Assembly: GCA_963843845.1 (NCBI GenBank)
Contig: CAWJMB010000002.1
Span: 1,984,001 to 2,048,000, forward strand
Direction of reading: 5' to 3'
From: an uncultured Gemmatimonadaceae bacterium
GTDB lineage: Bacteria > Gemmatimonadota > Gemmatimonadetes > Gemmatimonadales > Gemmatimonadaceae
Length of the DNA: 64,000 bases
In this document: one piece after another, positions 1-10,843 of the stretch
Layout of the letters: each line of letters starts with the position of its first letter
Position numbering within the stretch: the first letter of the stretch is position 1
Position numbers and translations under genes: made by a program
Notes under the pieces: model-generated
Database searches by the model: none
What the model saw: the letters and a program-made list of their open reading frames with translations, nothing else
Told to the model about the DNA's origin: nothing

Positions 1-906
1 TCCGCGGCGAATGGCACGGGCTCGGGTGACCTGCTCGACGAGATCACCGCGCGGCTGCCGGAACAGAACGACGAGCCGCCGACGGCGTTGCGCGTCGCGG
101 TCGTCGGCCGACCCAACGTCGGGAAATCGTCGTTCGTGAACCGCCTGCTCGGTGAGGACCGACTCGTCGTGTCCGAGGTCGCGGGCACGACGCGCGACGC
201 GATCGACACGCCGATGCGGTATCACGACCGCGACCTGATCTTCGTCGACACGGCGGGCTTGCGACGCCAGTCGAAGGTCGAGGACGGCGTGGAATTCTAC
301 TCGGGGCTGCGAACGCGCCGGGCGATCGAAGGCGCCGACGTCTGCGTCCTCATGGTCGACGCGACGTTGGGCGTCGAGAACCAGGACCTCAAGATCGCGA
401 CCCTCGCCTGGGAGCAGGGGCGCTCGCTGATCCTCGTGATCAACAAGTGGGACCTGAAAGACAAGGACGGCAAGACCGCCGACAAGTTCAAGAAGGACCT
501 CGTCGAGAAAGTGCCGTACTTCGCGTGGGTGCCCTTCCTGTTCACCTCGGCCGTCACCGGACAGCGGGTGCACAAGGTGCTCGACGTGATCCTCGAGGTC
601 GAGCGCGAGCGCACGAAGCGGATCTCGACGTCACAGATCAACGACGCGCTCGAGGAGATGGTGCAGCGCCTCCAGCCGCCACAAGCGGCGGGAAATGAGG
701 TGCGACTCACCTACGCCACGCAGGCGGAGACGGCGCCACCGTCGATCCTCGTGTTCGGTAATCACCCGGACCTCGTGCAGGAGCACTACATCCGCTACCT
801 GCACAACGGCTTCCGCGAGCGGTACGGCTTCATCGGCAACCCGTTGCGCGTGCTCATGCGGCACAAGAACTCGCCGAGCACCGACCACCGTCGCGTTCGC
901 GCGTGA
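1..906 (+). CDS. der: Ribosome biogenesis GTPase Der/EngA, C-terminal part (5' end outside window)
   Basis: Second G domain GRPNVGKSS, GTTRD, DTAG, NKWD followed by KH-like C-terminal domain; frame 1 is open from base 1. Confidence 0.95.
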   Translation, partial: SAANGTGSGDLLDEITARLPEQNDEPPTALRVAVVGRPNVGKSSFVNRLLGEDRLVVSEVAGTTRDAIDTPMRYHDRDLIFVDTAGLRRQSKVEDGVEFYSGLRTRRAIEGADVCVLMVDATLGVENQDLKIATLAWEQGRSLILVINKWDLKDKDGKTADKFKKDLVEKVPYFAWVPFLFTSAVTGQRVHKVLDVILEVERERTKRISTSQINDALEEMVQRLQPPQAAGNEVRLTYATQAETAPPSILVFGNHPDLVQEHYIRYLHNGFRERYGFIGNPLRVLMRHKNSPSTDHRRVRA

Positions 907-1546
907 GCAACGGCGCACTCGTCGCGTCAGGCATCGTCGGGGCGTATGCCGCCGGGTCGATCCCCGCGGCGTGGCTCGCGGGGCGCGCGTGTGGTGTCGA
1001 TCTGCGAGCGCACGGATCGGGAAACCTCGGCGCGACCAACGCGTGGCGTGTACTGGGGTGGAAGATCGGTCTGCTCGTGTACGCCGTAGACACACTGAAG
1101 GGCGCGCTCCCCGTCCTCTTGCTCCCGCGACCGTCGTCCATCGCCCGAGCTGGCGGCGATCGCCTTCGGCATCGCGGCGATCGCGGGTCACGTGCGACCC
1201 GTGTTCCTTGGCTTCCAGAAGGGCGGCAAGGGCGTCGCCACGGCAGGGGGCGTATTCGTCGCGCTCGCGCCGGTCGCGTTCCTCATCGCGTTCGGCGTCT
1301 TCGTCGCGAACGTTCCTCGCGAGCGGCTATGTCTCGCTGGGCTCGCTCGCGTCCGCCGCGGCGCTCCCGATCGCGATCTGGTTCACCGTGGCGACGGCCG
1401 ATCGACGCGCGCTCGTCGTCGTCGGGCTCGTCGTCGCCGCGTTCGTGTTCTTCACCCATCGAGCGAACATCGGCCGACTGCGGCGCGGGGAGGAGAACCG
1501 GTTCCGCGTCGGCCGCCGACGGGCGGACGCCGAGGCGCCTCGCTGA
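903..1546 (+). CDS. plsY: Glycerol-3-phosphate acyltransferase PlsY (two apparent frameshifts)
   Basis: GSIP..DLR..GSGNLGATN, GH..PVF..FQKGGKGVAT and THRANIGRL motifs spread over three frames; lies between der and gpsA. Confidence 0.9.
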
Positions 1547-1574
1547 TGTCGTCATCGAGCGCCGAGCGCGGCCG

Positions 1575-2582
1575 GTGAGCGAGAGACTTCGCTGCGCAGT
1601 CGTCGGCGGCGGCGCGTGGGGCACCGCGCTCGCCGACCTCCTCGCTCGCAATGGACACGACACGTGTCTCTGGGCGCGCGAGCGAGACGTCGTCGACGGA
1701 GTCAACACGCGACACGAGAACGCCCGCTTCCTCTCCGGCGTGTCGCTCGCGCCGACGTTGCGTGCCGACGACGATGTGCGGGAGGCGGTCGCCGGCCGCG
1801 ATCTGGTGCTCTATGCCGCACCGTCGCATGTGCTTCGCGACGTCGCCTCGAGCACGGCGGAGAGCGTCATGCGAGAGGCTACCCTCGCAGTGGCGACGAA
1901 GGGGATCGAGCGGGAGTCGTTGCTGCTGATGACGGATGTCGTGAGCGATGTCGTTCCGCACCGCGCCGTCGTCGCCGTTTCGGGTCCGAGCTTCGCGGCC
2001 GAGGTCGCGTCGCGTCAGCCCACGGCGATCGTCGCCGCAAGTGCCGGACGCGACGCCGCGATCCGTATCCAGCGCGCACTCAGCTCCACCGAGTTTCGCG
2101 TCTACACGCACGATGACGTGATCGGCGTCGAGTTGGGCGGCGCGCTGAAGAACGTGATGGCGCTCGCGACCGGCGTGCTCGAGGGCCTGGGCCTCGGCTT
2201 CAACGCGCGCGCCGCCCTCATCACGCGCGGCCTCGCCGAGATGACGCGCCTCGGCGTCGCACTCGGCGCGAGGCCGGAGACGTTTGCGGGGCTCGCCGGA
2301 CTCGGCGACCTCGTCCTGACGTGCACGGGGGCACTGAGCCGGAATCGCGCTGTCGGGGAGGAGATCGGCCGCGGTCGGTCGCTCGACGAGATCCTCGCAT
2401 CGCGCGAGACCGTGGCCGAGGGCGTGCTCAACACGCAGAGCGCGCGTGCGCTGGCGGCTCGCTACGGCGTCGAGATGCCGATCGTCGACGCGATGCACCG
2501 CATCCTGTTCGAGGGCGCGCCGGTCCGCGGCGCCGTCGGCGAGCTCATGTCCCGTGCGCTCCGCGCCGAGCGTGACGACTGA
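1575..2582 (+). CDS. gpsA: NAD(P)H-dependent glycerol-3-phosphate dehydrogenase
   Basis: GGGAWGTALA Rossmann motif, SGPSFA, GGALKNV, GLGDLVLTC..SRN; GTG start at 1575 inferred. Confidence 0.95.
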   Translation: MSERLRCAVVGGGAWGTALADLLARNGHDTCLWARERDVVDGVNTRHENARFLSGVSLAPTLRADDDVREAVAGRDLVLYAAPSHVLRDVASSTAESVMREATLAVATKGIERESLLLMTDVVSDVVPHRAVVAVSGPSFAAEVASRQPTAIVAASAGRDAAIRIQRALSSTEFRVYTHDDVIGVELGGALKNVMALATGVLEGLGLGFNARAALITRGLAEMTRLGVALGARPETFAGLAGLGDLVLTCTGALSRNRAVGEEIGRGRSLDEILASRETVAEGVLNTQSARALAARYGVEMPIVDAMHRILFEGAPVRGAVGELMSRALRAERDD

Positions 2583-2628
2583 TCGACGAGCCAGCGCGGC
2601 GCGCACGCGGAAGCCGCCGGCTGTCCCG

Positions 2629-3012
2629 GTGGACGCGTCGGGCATCCGCCAGCGCATACCGCCCGATCCGGTGCGGGAGTTCTTCTCGATCGGCGACGTC
2701 TGCTCGCTGACCGATCTGCGCCCCCACGTGCTGCGCTACTGGGAGAGCCAGTTCCGCGTGCTGAATCCGGCGAAGAATCGGTCCGGCAATCGCGTGTACT
2801 CGCGCCGCGAGCTCGAGCTGATTCTGCTGGTGAAGCACCTGCTCTACACCGAGAAGTTCACGATCGACGGCGCGCGACAGCAGCTCGACCGACACCGCCG
2901 CGACGGCGAGATCCGCTCGGCGGCGCGGCGTGCGCTCGCGCTCGAGACGATCCAGCTGCTCGAGCATGAATTGCGCGAGGTGGCCGCGATCCTGAGCGGC
3001 CGCCAAGATTAG
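2629..3012 (+). CDS. MerR-family HTH transcriptional regulator
   Basis: FFSIGDVCSLTDLRPHVLRYWE...GNRVYS...EKFTIDGARQQL; start uncertain. Confidence 0.88.
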   Translation: MDASGIRQRIPPDPVREFFSIGDVCSLTDLRPHVLRYWESQFRVLNPAKNRSGNRVYSRRELELILLVKHLLYTEKFTIDGARQQLDRHRRDGEIRSAARRALALETIQLLEHELREVAAILSGRQD

Positions 3013-3082
3013 ATTCCGGACGACCGCCCCCCTCGCCGGACGGCTCGTTCAGTGCGAGCCCCTCGCTGCCCCTCCGCCACGC

Positions 3083-3845
3083 ATGCGCTTCCTCTGCACG
3101 AATGACGACGGTATTCTCGCGCAGGGGCTCGCCACGCTCGTCGCAGGCGGCAGAATCGCTCGGAGAAGTTCACGTGGTCGCGCCTGACCGCGAGCAGAGC
3201 GCGACGAGTCACTCGCTGACGCTGCACCATCCTGTTCGCCCCGTTCAGCGGGGCGAACGTCGCTGGCAGGTGGACGGCACGCCGACCGACTGCGTGTTGC
3301 TCGCCGTCGAGGCGCTGATGCCGGAGCGGCCGGATTATGTGCTGAGCGGTGTCAATCACGGTCAGAACATGGGCGAGGACGTGCTCTACTCCGGCACCGT
3401 CGCCGCCGCGATGGAGGGGCTCTCACTCGGCATTCCCGCGATCGCCATCTCATTCGCGTGGGGTGACCTCCGCGCCGATCCGAACCGGCTCGCGGAGCAG
3501 GGGGAGCTGCTCGGCTCGCTGCTACAACACCTGATCTCGCTCGGCGACATGCCGCGCGACACCTTGTTCAACGTGAACCTCCCGCCGCTGCCGCCGTCCG
3601 AGGTCCGCGGCGTGCGCCTCACGCGACTCGGTCGTCGGGTCTACTCGAATTCGCTCACTCCGATGAGCGATCCCTGGGGGCGCAAGATCTACTGGATTGG
3701 CGGCGGGTCGGCCGAGTGGAGCGGGGAAGCCGACTCCGACTTCCAGGCAGTGCGCGAGGGGTACGTGTCGGTCACGCCGCTCCGCCTGGATCTGACGCAC
3801 CACGGCGCGCTCTCCGCGGCGCGCGATTGGTGGCGCGCTCCGTGA
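3083..3845 (+). CDS. surE: 5'/3'-nucleotidase SurE (frameshift near 3140)
   Basis: MRFLCTNDDG N-terminus in one frame; VVAPDREQSATSHSLTL, GTPTDCV, SGVNHGQNMG, YSGTVAAAMEG in the next. Confidence 0.93.
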
Positions 3846-4498
3846 GCGGGGCGGCGCACTCCGAATACCGCGGTGCACGGCGTCGATTGATCGAGACGCT
3901 GCAGGCGAACGGCATCACCAGTCTCTCGGTATTGCACGCCTTCGACGCCGTGCCACGCCACGCGTTCGTGCCGCCCGCCATCCTTCACCGCGCCTACGAG
4001 GATGCTGCGCTTCCGATCGGGAACGGACAGACGATCTCGCAGCCGACCGTGCACGCCCGTTCGCTCCAGGAACTGAGATTGACCGGGAAGGAGAAAGTTC
4101 TCGAGATTGGCACCGGGTCCGGTTACCAGACCGCGCTGCTATCGCAGCTCGCGGCGCAGGTGTTCACGATCGAGCGCGTCGGCGCGCTATTCGACCGCGC
4201 GCGGGACGTCCTTGCGCAGCTCGGCGTGCGAAACGTGTCGACGCTGCTCGGCGACGGCACGCTCGGCTGGCGCGACTACGGGCCCTACGATGGGATCGTC
4301 GTCGGCGCGGCCGCGCCGACGGTGCCGCAACCGTATGTGGAACAACTTGCGGACGGCGGGCGCCTCGTGATTCCCCTCGGCGATCGAGACGAGCAGGTGC
4401 TCGCGGTACTCACCCGCAACGGTGCCAGCATCGAACGACGTGACGTGGGACCGGTGCGCTTCGTCCCGCTGCTCGGGGTACACGGATGGTCGGCGTAG
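3842..4498 (+). CDS. pcm: Protein-L-isoaspartate O-methyltransferase
   Basis: VPRHAFV, AYED.ALPIG.GQTISQP, VLEIGTGSGYQTA, VRFVPL; follows surE. Confidence 0.95.
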   Translation: MSGAAHSEYRGARRRLIETLQANGITSLSVLHAFDAVPRHAFVPPAILHRAYEDAALPIGNGQTISQPTVHARSLQELRLTGKEKVLEIGTGSGYQTALLSQLAAQVFTIERVGALFDRARDVLAQLGVRNVSTLLGDGTLGWRDYGPYDGIVVGAAAPTVPQPYVEQLADGGRLVIPLGDRDEQVLAVLTRNGASIERRDVGPVRFVPLLGVHGWSA

Positions 4499-4556
4499 GT
4501 AGGGCCGGCGACCGAGGTGGCGTAGATCGGGGGCGCAACAGCGTCTCACGGAACGT

Positions 4557-4997
4557 ATGAGCCTGACGCGGAGACGTGCGCGCGAGCACGGACCGTATTC
4601 GCGGCCTGCGAGGCCGGCCGGAATTCGTCAGGAATCGAGGGGCGGGGGTCGCCCGTTCGAGCCGGGAGCCGCCCTGGTCGCGCTCGCCGACGCCGGGTCC
4701 GGCGCGAAGCCGGATCGGTCCGACCGGAGTCGACGCCGGCGTCGACCGCGTCGCGAGATCGAGGTCGGCGAGGAACCGTGGTTCGCCGGACGGACGGGAG
4801 TGGTCGGTGAGGTCCCGTCACCCCACGACGTCGACGAGGCCGATCGTGAGCTCCGCATCGAAGTGTCGGACCGGATCGTCGCGGTGGCGAGACGCGTGCG
4901 TGACGGCGATCTCGCCGTGGTCGGTATCCGGACAGGCGTCACCGAAGCGGGGGCGCTCGCCGCGGCGCTGTCGGCGATGCTCTCCGGGCGGCACTAA
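4557..4997 (+). CDS. Hypothetical protein (start uncertain)
   Basis: Fills the pcm-apt gap; C-terminal half looks protein-like (ELRIEVSDRIVAVARRVRDGDLAVVG...AALSAMLSGRH) and stops 20 bp before apt. Confidence 0.45.
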   Translation: MSLTRRRAREHGPYSRPARPAGIRQESRGGGRPFEPGAALVALADAGSGAKPDRSDRSRRRRRPRREIEVGEEPWFAGRTGVVGEVPSPHDVDEADRELRIEVSDRIVAVARRVRDGDLAVVGIRTGVTEAGALAAALSAMLSGRH

Positions 4998-5016
4998 CCT
5001 GCATCCGGAGGTGCGC

Positions 5017-5559
5017 ATGTCCGCGTCGAACGATCCAACGCTGGCCGGATCGGTCACCGCGTCACTCCGAGCGATCGCCGACTTTCCGCGCCCTGGGATC
5101 CTCTTCCAGGATCTGACCCCGGTGCTCGCGGATCCGCGCCTGTACCGTCGCATCACGGATGCGATGGCCGAGCATGCCGCGAGCGACGGCGTGACGCATG
5201 TCGCCGCGATCGAGAGCCGAGGCTTCCTGTTCGGCGCGCCGATCGCGCAACGACTCGGTGTCGCGCTCGTTCTGGTACGCAAACCGGGAAAGCTGCCGGG
5301 CAGGACCCGACGTATCGACTACGCACTGGAGTACGGCGTAGACGGGCTCGAGATCCACACCGAGGCGTGCGGAACGTCCTCCCGGGTGCTGATCGTCGAC
5401 GACGTGCTCGCGACCGGGGGAACGTGTCGGGCGGCGGTCGACCTCGTCCAGGCGACGGGCGCGCACGTCGTCGCGGCGGCCTTCGTGCTCGAGATTGCGG
5501 CGCTCCGCGGGCGTGATCGACTCGCGCCGCTCGACACGCGGGCACTCGTCTCGGTGTGA
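5017..5559 (+). CDS. apt: Adenine phosphoribosyltransferase
   Basis: DFPRPGILFQDLTPVL, ESRGF, VRKPGKLPG, YALEYG, VLIVDDVLATGGT; GGAGG RBS upstream. Confidence 0.95.
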   Translation: MSASNDPTLAGSVTASLRAIADFPRPGILFQDLTPVLADPRLYRRITDAMAEHAASDGVTHVAAIESRGFLFGAPIAQRLGVALVLVRKPGKLPGRTRRIDYALEYGVDGLEIHTEACGTSSRVLIVDDVLATGGTCRAAVDLVQATGAHVVAAAFVLEIAALRGRDRLAPLDTRALVSV

Positions 5560-5603
5560 CCTGCTGACGCCTCGGCGATCGGTCGCGATAGATTGTCGTA
5601 CCG

Positions 5604-5677
5604 GCCCCCGTAGCTCAGTTGGATAGAGCAGCAGTTTCCTAAACTGTTGGCCGTGCGTTCGAATCGCACCGGGGGCA
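5604..5677 (+). tRNA. tRNA-Arg (anticodon CCT), CCA not encoded
   Basis: Acceptor stem GCCCCCG/CGGGGGC, D arm GCTC-AGTTGGATA-GAGC, anticodon loop TT-CCT-AA, T loop TTCGAAT. Confidence 0.95.
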
Positions 5678-5801
5678 CTCCGCGAGCCGCGTTCGACCAG
5701 GACGCCGACGGGCACGCGGATCTCGACCTATCTCCTGATCCCGCATAGCTTTCCACGTCGGCGCGTGAATGCGCTGCCAGCCGACCTCTCTCACAACGCA
5801 C

Positions 5802-6449
5802 ATGGTCTCGAACGATCGGAACGCCTTCGACGACGCAACCGCCACGCTCGCCGACTGGGGGCGCACGAACGGGCGGATCCTGGCGATCGGCATCGGTGCC
5901 GTCATCATCATCGGCGGAGGAGTCGCGCTCTGGCGAAGCAATGTCGCCACGAAGGCGGCACGCGCCGAGAAGATGTTCTTCGCAGCGCAGGGGCCGCTCC
6001 AGCAGGGTGATGTCGCCGGCGCGCAACAACAGCTTCGCCAGGTGGCGCAGCGCTTCGACGGCACGCCAGGCGGGACGCAGGCGCAGCTCCTGCTCGCGCA
6101 GACGCTCTACGACCAGGGAAAGTACCAGGACGGCATCGACGTGCTCGCGAAGGCGTCGAACGTGCCGGACGGAATGCGGACGTCGGTCGAGCTGCTGACT
6201 GCGGTCGGCTACGAAGGGTTGGGCAAGTACGACGAGGCAGCGACGCGCTACGAACGTGCTGCGAACGACGCGGCCACGCCGACGGCGAAGGCGCAGCTTC
6301 GTGCCGACCACGCGCGGGCGCTCCAAGCGGGCGGCAAGACGACTGAGGCGCTGCGTGTCTGGCGTGAGTTGGCCAAGGAGCAGATCGCGGGCGTGTCGGA
6401 CGAAGCCCGTGTCCGTGCCGGCGAGCTCGCGGCGATGCAGAAGGGGTGA
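5802..6449 (+). CDS. Single-TM tetratricopeptide-repeat protein (YfgM-like)
   Basis: N-terminal TM (ILAIGIGAVIIIGGGVALW) followed by TPR-like helices (AQLLLAQTLYDQGKYQDG, AVGYEGLGKYDEAATRYERA). Confidence 0.75.
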   Translation: MVSNDRNAFDDATATLADWGRTNGRILAIGIGAVIIIGGGVALWRSNVATKAARAEKMFFAAQGPLQQGDVAGAQQQLRQVAQRFDGTPGGTQAQLLLAQTLYDQGKYQDGIDVLAKASNVPDGMRTSVELLTAVGYEGLGKYDEAATRYERAANDAATPTAKAQLRADHARALQAGGKTTEALRVWRELAKEQIAGVSDEARVRAGELAAMQKG

Positions 6450-6572
6450 GAGGGGTGAGGGCGATGATCGCCGTCTGACGCCTGTCGAACGACGTTGGGC
6501 ACGAGGCCGATCTCAGAGGGACTGGGACGGCCTCGTTGTCATGTTGATCCGCACTTTCGTCGCAGCGACTGT

Positions 6573-6600
6573 TATTCGTATAATATGTGTTATGTAAACT
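6573..6600 (+). other. dif site (XerC/XerD chromosome dimer resolution site)
   Basis: TATTCGTATAA-TATGTG-TTATGTAAACT: 11-6-11 layout with inverted ATAA/TTAT cores; right arm matches the B. subtilis dif arm TTATGTAAACT as I recall it; lies between convergent genes. Confidence 0.9.
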
Positions 6601-6675
6601 AGGACGTGTGGATAGTGTGGGAATCCGACGACTCTCATGGCGCGCGCCCATTCTTCGTGTGCCCCGGCGGGCGGG

Positions 6676-7506
6676 TCAGCCCAGGTCGCTCAACCGCCCG
6701 GAGTAGACCAGGCGGCCCTCGCCAGCCAGCGACGGACCCGGCTGTCGAGCCGTGCCGACGATCAGCCGCTTCGACGAGCTCGTCACGATGGACGTCTCCG
6801 CGCCTCGGGTCTTGTGCCAGGCCGCAAGCACCGACGCCGTCGCGACTGCACCCGTTCCGCATGCCAGCGTCTCGCCCTCGACGCCCCGCTCGTACGTCCG
6901 CATCCGCCATCCGCCATCGCCAGCCGACGCGACGAAATTCACGTTGGCACCCTCGCGGAGCGTGCGGATCGTAGCGCAGCGGCCGACCGCGTGCGTCGAC
7001 GTCCACCTCGTCACGCCGTCGACCTCGACGACCAGATGCGGAACGCCCGCGATCGCAAACCCGATCCGTCGCTCGCCGGCGCGTCCGGCCGGAATCGCGC
7101 AGACTGGCTCCAACGTCGGCGAGCGGCCGGAAGTCGATCTTCGGGCAATCCGTCATCCAGCAGCCGCGCGGTCAGGATGCCGGCATCCGTCTCGATCGCG
7201 AAGCCGCGTGGCCGTCCACGAGGTCCGAGCTCGTGGCCAGCCGCACCGAGCAGAGCGTCGCGTTACCGCAGAGCGACGCACGCGAGCCATCGCTGTTGTG
7301 GTACAGCATCCGAAGTCGGCGACGCGGCGCCGGCTCGAGGAACGACGACTCCGTCTGCGCCGATCCCCGTGTCGCGCGCGCACAGATCGCTCGTACCACG
7401 TCGGCCGCCGTCGCAGCACCGGCGGCTCGACGTCGCGTGCGTCGAAGAACACGAAGTCGTTTCCCGAGCCGCACATCTTGTAGAACGGGGCGTTCTCGAG
7501 TGTCAT
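6676..7506 (-). CDS. dapF: Diaminopimelate epimerase (frameshifted)
   Basis: FYKMCGSGNDF, HNSDGSRASLCGNATLC, GANVNFV, RTYERGVEGETLACGTGA across frames. Confidence 0.92.
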
Positions 7507-7579
7507 GTGCGCTTTCATCGTGTCTCGCCGGCTTCGGGACACCGGACGCGTGGCGCGACCGTGCGCGCCCGGGAGCAGG

Positions 7580-8350
7580 TCAGACGCGCCCGGTGATCGC
7601 CCACCAACGCAGGCGCCAGACCATCCAGACCGCCTCGCGAACGATCGGCTTCGGACATCTTGCTCTCGCCCTCCGTCCGGTCGACGAAGACGATAGGGAT
7701 CTCGGCGATCCGGAAGCCCCGCTTCCAGGCCCGGAAGCTCATCTCGATCTGAAACGCGTAGCCGTTCGAGCGGACCGCGTCGAGATCGATGGCCTCGAGC
7801 ACGGCGCGGCGGAAGCATTTGAACCCGCCGGTCGCGTCGAAAAGCTGCAAGCCCGGTGACGGCGCTCGCGTAGATGTTGGCGCAGTAGCTGAGGATGAGC
7901 CGCGACGATCGGCCAGTTCACGACTGTCACCTTTCCGTGCCGATATCGCGAGCCCAGGACGAGGTCCGCGTCCTGGATCGCTTCGAGGAACTTCGGGAGG
8001 TGCCCCGGATCGTGCGAGAAGTCGGCGTCCATCTCGAAGACGTACTCGTACTGCGGCCGCTCGAGCGCCCACCGAAAGCCTGCGAGATAGGCGGTCCCGA
8101 GCCCGAGCTTCCTGCGCCCGATGGAGGGCGTGGACGCGGGCGTCGCCAGCGGCGATCTCGTCGACGATCGGCGCCCGTCCCGTCGGGCGACCCGTCGTCG
8201 ACGACGAGGATCTCGATCCGCGGGTCCTGCGCGAGCACGTGCTCGATCATCCGAGCGATGTTCTCGCGCTCGTTATAGGTCGGGGATGACGACCAGTGCG
8301 CGGTCGTCGGCTGCCAGGTGGGAGGCGGTCTGGCGATCCGGCTCAGCCAC
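7580..8350 (-). CDS. Polyprenol-phosphate mannose synthase-like GT2 glycosyltransferase (frameshifted)
   Basis: [62 protein letters not shown]. Confidence 0.88.
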
Positions 8351-10836
8351 GAGCGCGGCGATCGAAGAACAGTCCACCGGCGACGGCGAGCGCGGATACC
8401 AGTAGCGCGGTCAGCGTGATCGCCTTCCCCGTCTCGTAGGGCGCGCTCGAGAACTGCAGCTCGATGCGGCGCGCGCCCGCCGTGAGCGGCACGCCGATCA
8501 ACGAGTAGTCCACGCGGCCGATCGGCGTCGCTCTGCCGTCGACCGACGCGTGCCAGCCGGGATAGTAGTTCTCCGACACCACGAGCGTCGCGCCATTCGG
8601 CGCCGGGCGATCGAGCTCGAGCACGATGCTCCCCGGCGTTCGACGCGTGATGCGCGGCTTGAGGTCGAGCGGCTCAGGTAGTTGCTGTGGAACGGGTTGC
8701 GTGGGCACAGCTGCAGCAGTGTCGAAGAGCGCGACGCGCGATGCGTCGAAGCGTGGATCGATCACAGTCGCGAGCGTGTTCTCGTCGGGCGCCTTCACCG
8801 CGATCGGCGCCACCCACGCCGGGGGATTGTCGCCAGGCAGTTGGAAGAGGTACTCGGTCGAACCGGCGGCGTTGCGGACCGGCCCGAGCACACGTCGGAA
8901 CCCATCGAGCGGGAGCTCGGGCGCGTTCGTCAGCAGGAAGCGCATGTTCGCGAGACGCCAGAAGCTCGGGTTGCCGATCCGCTGGATCATCTCGTCGGGC
9001 GAGATGCCGTAGACGCGCTGGTAGCGCCCGAGCTCGTTGCCGTGATAGCCGCCGATCTGTCGAATACCGTGTCCCATGAGTGCGTCACCCTGCAGGAACG
9101 GGTCGTGCGGCGCCTCGGGTTGCTGGAACGGGATGGCGTAGACGCGTCCCGAGTCGGTCTGCGTCTTGAGAAAACTCACGATCGGATCGCCCGCGTAAAT
9201 CGTCGACGCTGGCGGCGAGAAGCGCCAGTACAGTCGCTCGATCGACCACAGGTCGAGCACGACGACGCCGGCGAGAATCCACCCGGCCGCGCGCGGCCCG
9301 AGTCGGCGTCGGTCCAGCAAGAGGATCACCCCGCAGACAGCGGCCACGGCGACGAACGACCGCCACGCACCGACGACGAGATCCGCACGGTTGGCGTCCG
9401 CAATCGCCGCGGCCTGCGGTGTGACCGACGCCGCCAGGTTGGTCAGGGCGCCGCTCGCCGCGAGGACGCCCACGAGCCCAGCGGCGGCGAGCCACCCGAT
9501 CGCATAACGCCGGCGCGCCTGCCCGAGCAACAGCCGCTCGACGCCCATCGCCGCGAGCACCGCCGCCGAAAACTGCACGACGTAGAGCATCGTACTCGGT
9601 GCACGGAAATACGTCGTGCCGGGGACGAGCGCGTAGACGAGCCGGTAAAAGGGCGTGTAGCCGCCGAGCGCCCAGAGTGACGCGACGATGAACGTGCCGA
9701 ACCAGAAGTACATGAGCTTCCGGCGGCTCGCCACGCCGAACGCGAGCACCGCGAGAACCAACACCGCGGCTCCGATGTACTCGCTGTGGAAGTGAATTCC
9801 GTTCCGACCGCTGTATCGCTCGAGGATCCCCGAGAACTGGGGGAGGTAGGTATTGATCAGCTCTTCGAGCGGCATCGAGTAGCTGATGGCGTGCTCCCAC
9901 CCCTTCCCGCCCGTGCGCGGAGACCATGGGGTGTACTCGACGACCGGGAGGAACTGGATCGCGCCACCGAGCAATCCGACCGCGACCGCGGCGAGCGCGG
10001 CGCCGAGTCGACCGAAGGCGCGGCGGCGCGCCAGCGCCTGGCCCCCCGCGTCCGCGCTGAACGCGAGGAAGAGCGCCCACGCGCCACAGACGAGCAGCAG
10101 GTACTGCAGCAGCTGCGGGTGCGGTGTGAGCACCGCGAGCGTCACTGCGATAGCGAGTGCGCCGAACGCCCACCACCGCCCGTCGCGGATCGCGCGGTAC
10201 GTGAACAGCAGGACGAGCGGCAGCAACGCGGCGACGAACAACTTGCCGTCGTGTCCCGGCGAAACGAGGCCGGCGACATTGCCGCCCAGCATGTATGCGA
10301 GACCGCCGATCAGCGCGGCGAAGAAGCTGAGCCCGATCCGCCGAAGGAACGCGTAGGTGAACAGCCCCGCGAGGAACGTATGGATGATGAAGCCCCACGT
10401 CATCGCGACGTCGGTCGGCATCAGCATCCGCAGCAGGAACGTCGGATAGAAGATGTCGCCGTGCATGGCGGCGACGAACGGCATTCCGCCAAAGAGGTAC
10501 GGGTTCCACAGCGGGAAGCTGCCCGTCTGCCGTAGCACGCTCGCGCCCGAATTCCCGGAACGCGTACCCGGCGATGTACTGGTCGCTCATCGGATTGACG
10601 AGAAACTCGCCGCCGAGCGCCCTGTAGCCGAGGAGGAGCGTTGCGATGAGGCAGGCGAGTGCGGCCCACGCGAGCGCGAACCGAGGCTCGGTACCGACGA
10701 GTGTCGGGTCCGCGGCGCGGACTCTGTTGCCGCGCTCGGCGGCGAGTCGGGCCGCGGCGCGCTGCGTGGCGCTCGGTCGGTCAGCTGGTGCGGTTACCGC
10801 CGCGGTGGGCACCGCGCGATCGTCAGAACGAGCCAT
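8343..10836 (-). CDS. YfhO-family / GT-C-like multi-pass membrane protein (frameshift near 10545)
   Basis: [13 protein letters not shown], many TM helices, C-terminal [17 protein letters not shown] motif typical of YfhO. Confidence 0.8.
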
Positions 10837-10843
10837 CGGTGAG

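Noticed and set aside
903..2582. Apparent PlsY-GpsA fusion (likewise NuoN-PMM and NuoK-NuoL ORFs)
   Set aside because: Artefacts of frameshifts or upstream off-frame extension; each gene has its own plausible start and stop.
5604..5677. tRNA-Arg as an island integration site
   Set aside because: No adjacent integrase, no duplicated tRNA 3' end seen, and the flanks are core genes.
6560..6630. Possible oriC: AT-rich patch plus DnaA-box-like TGTGGATAG (6607-6615)
   Set aside because: Only one near-consensus box, the AT-rich part is explained by dif, and genes converge on the site rather than diverge from it.
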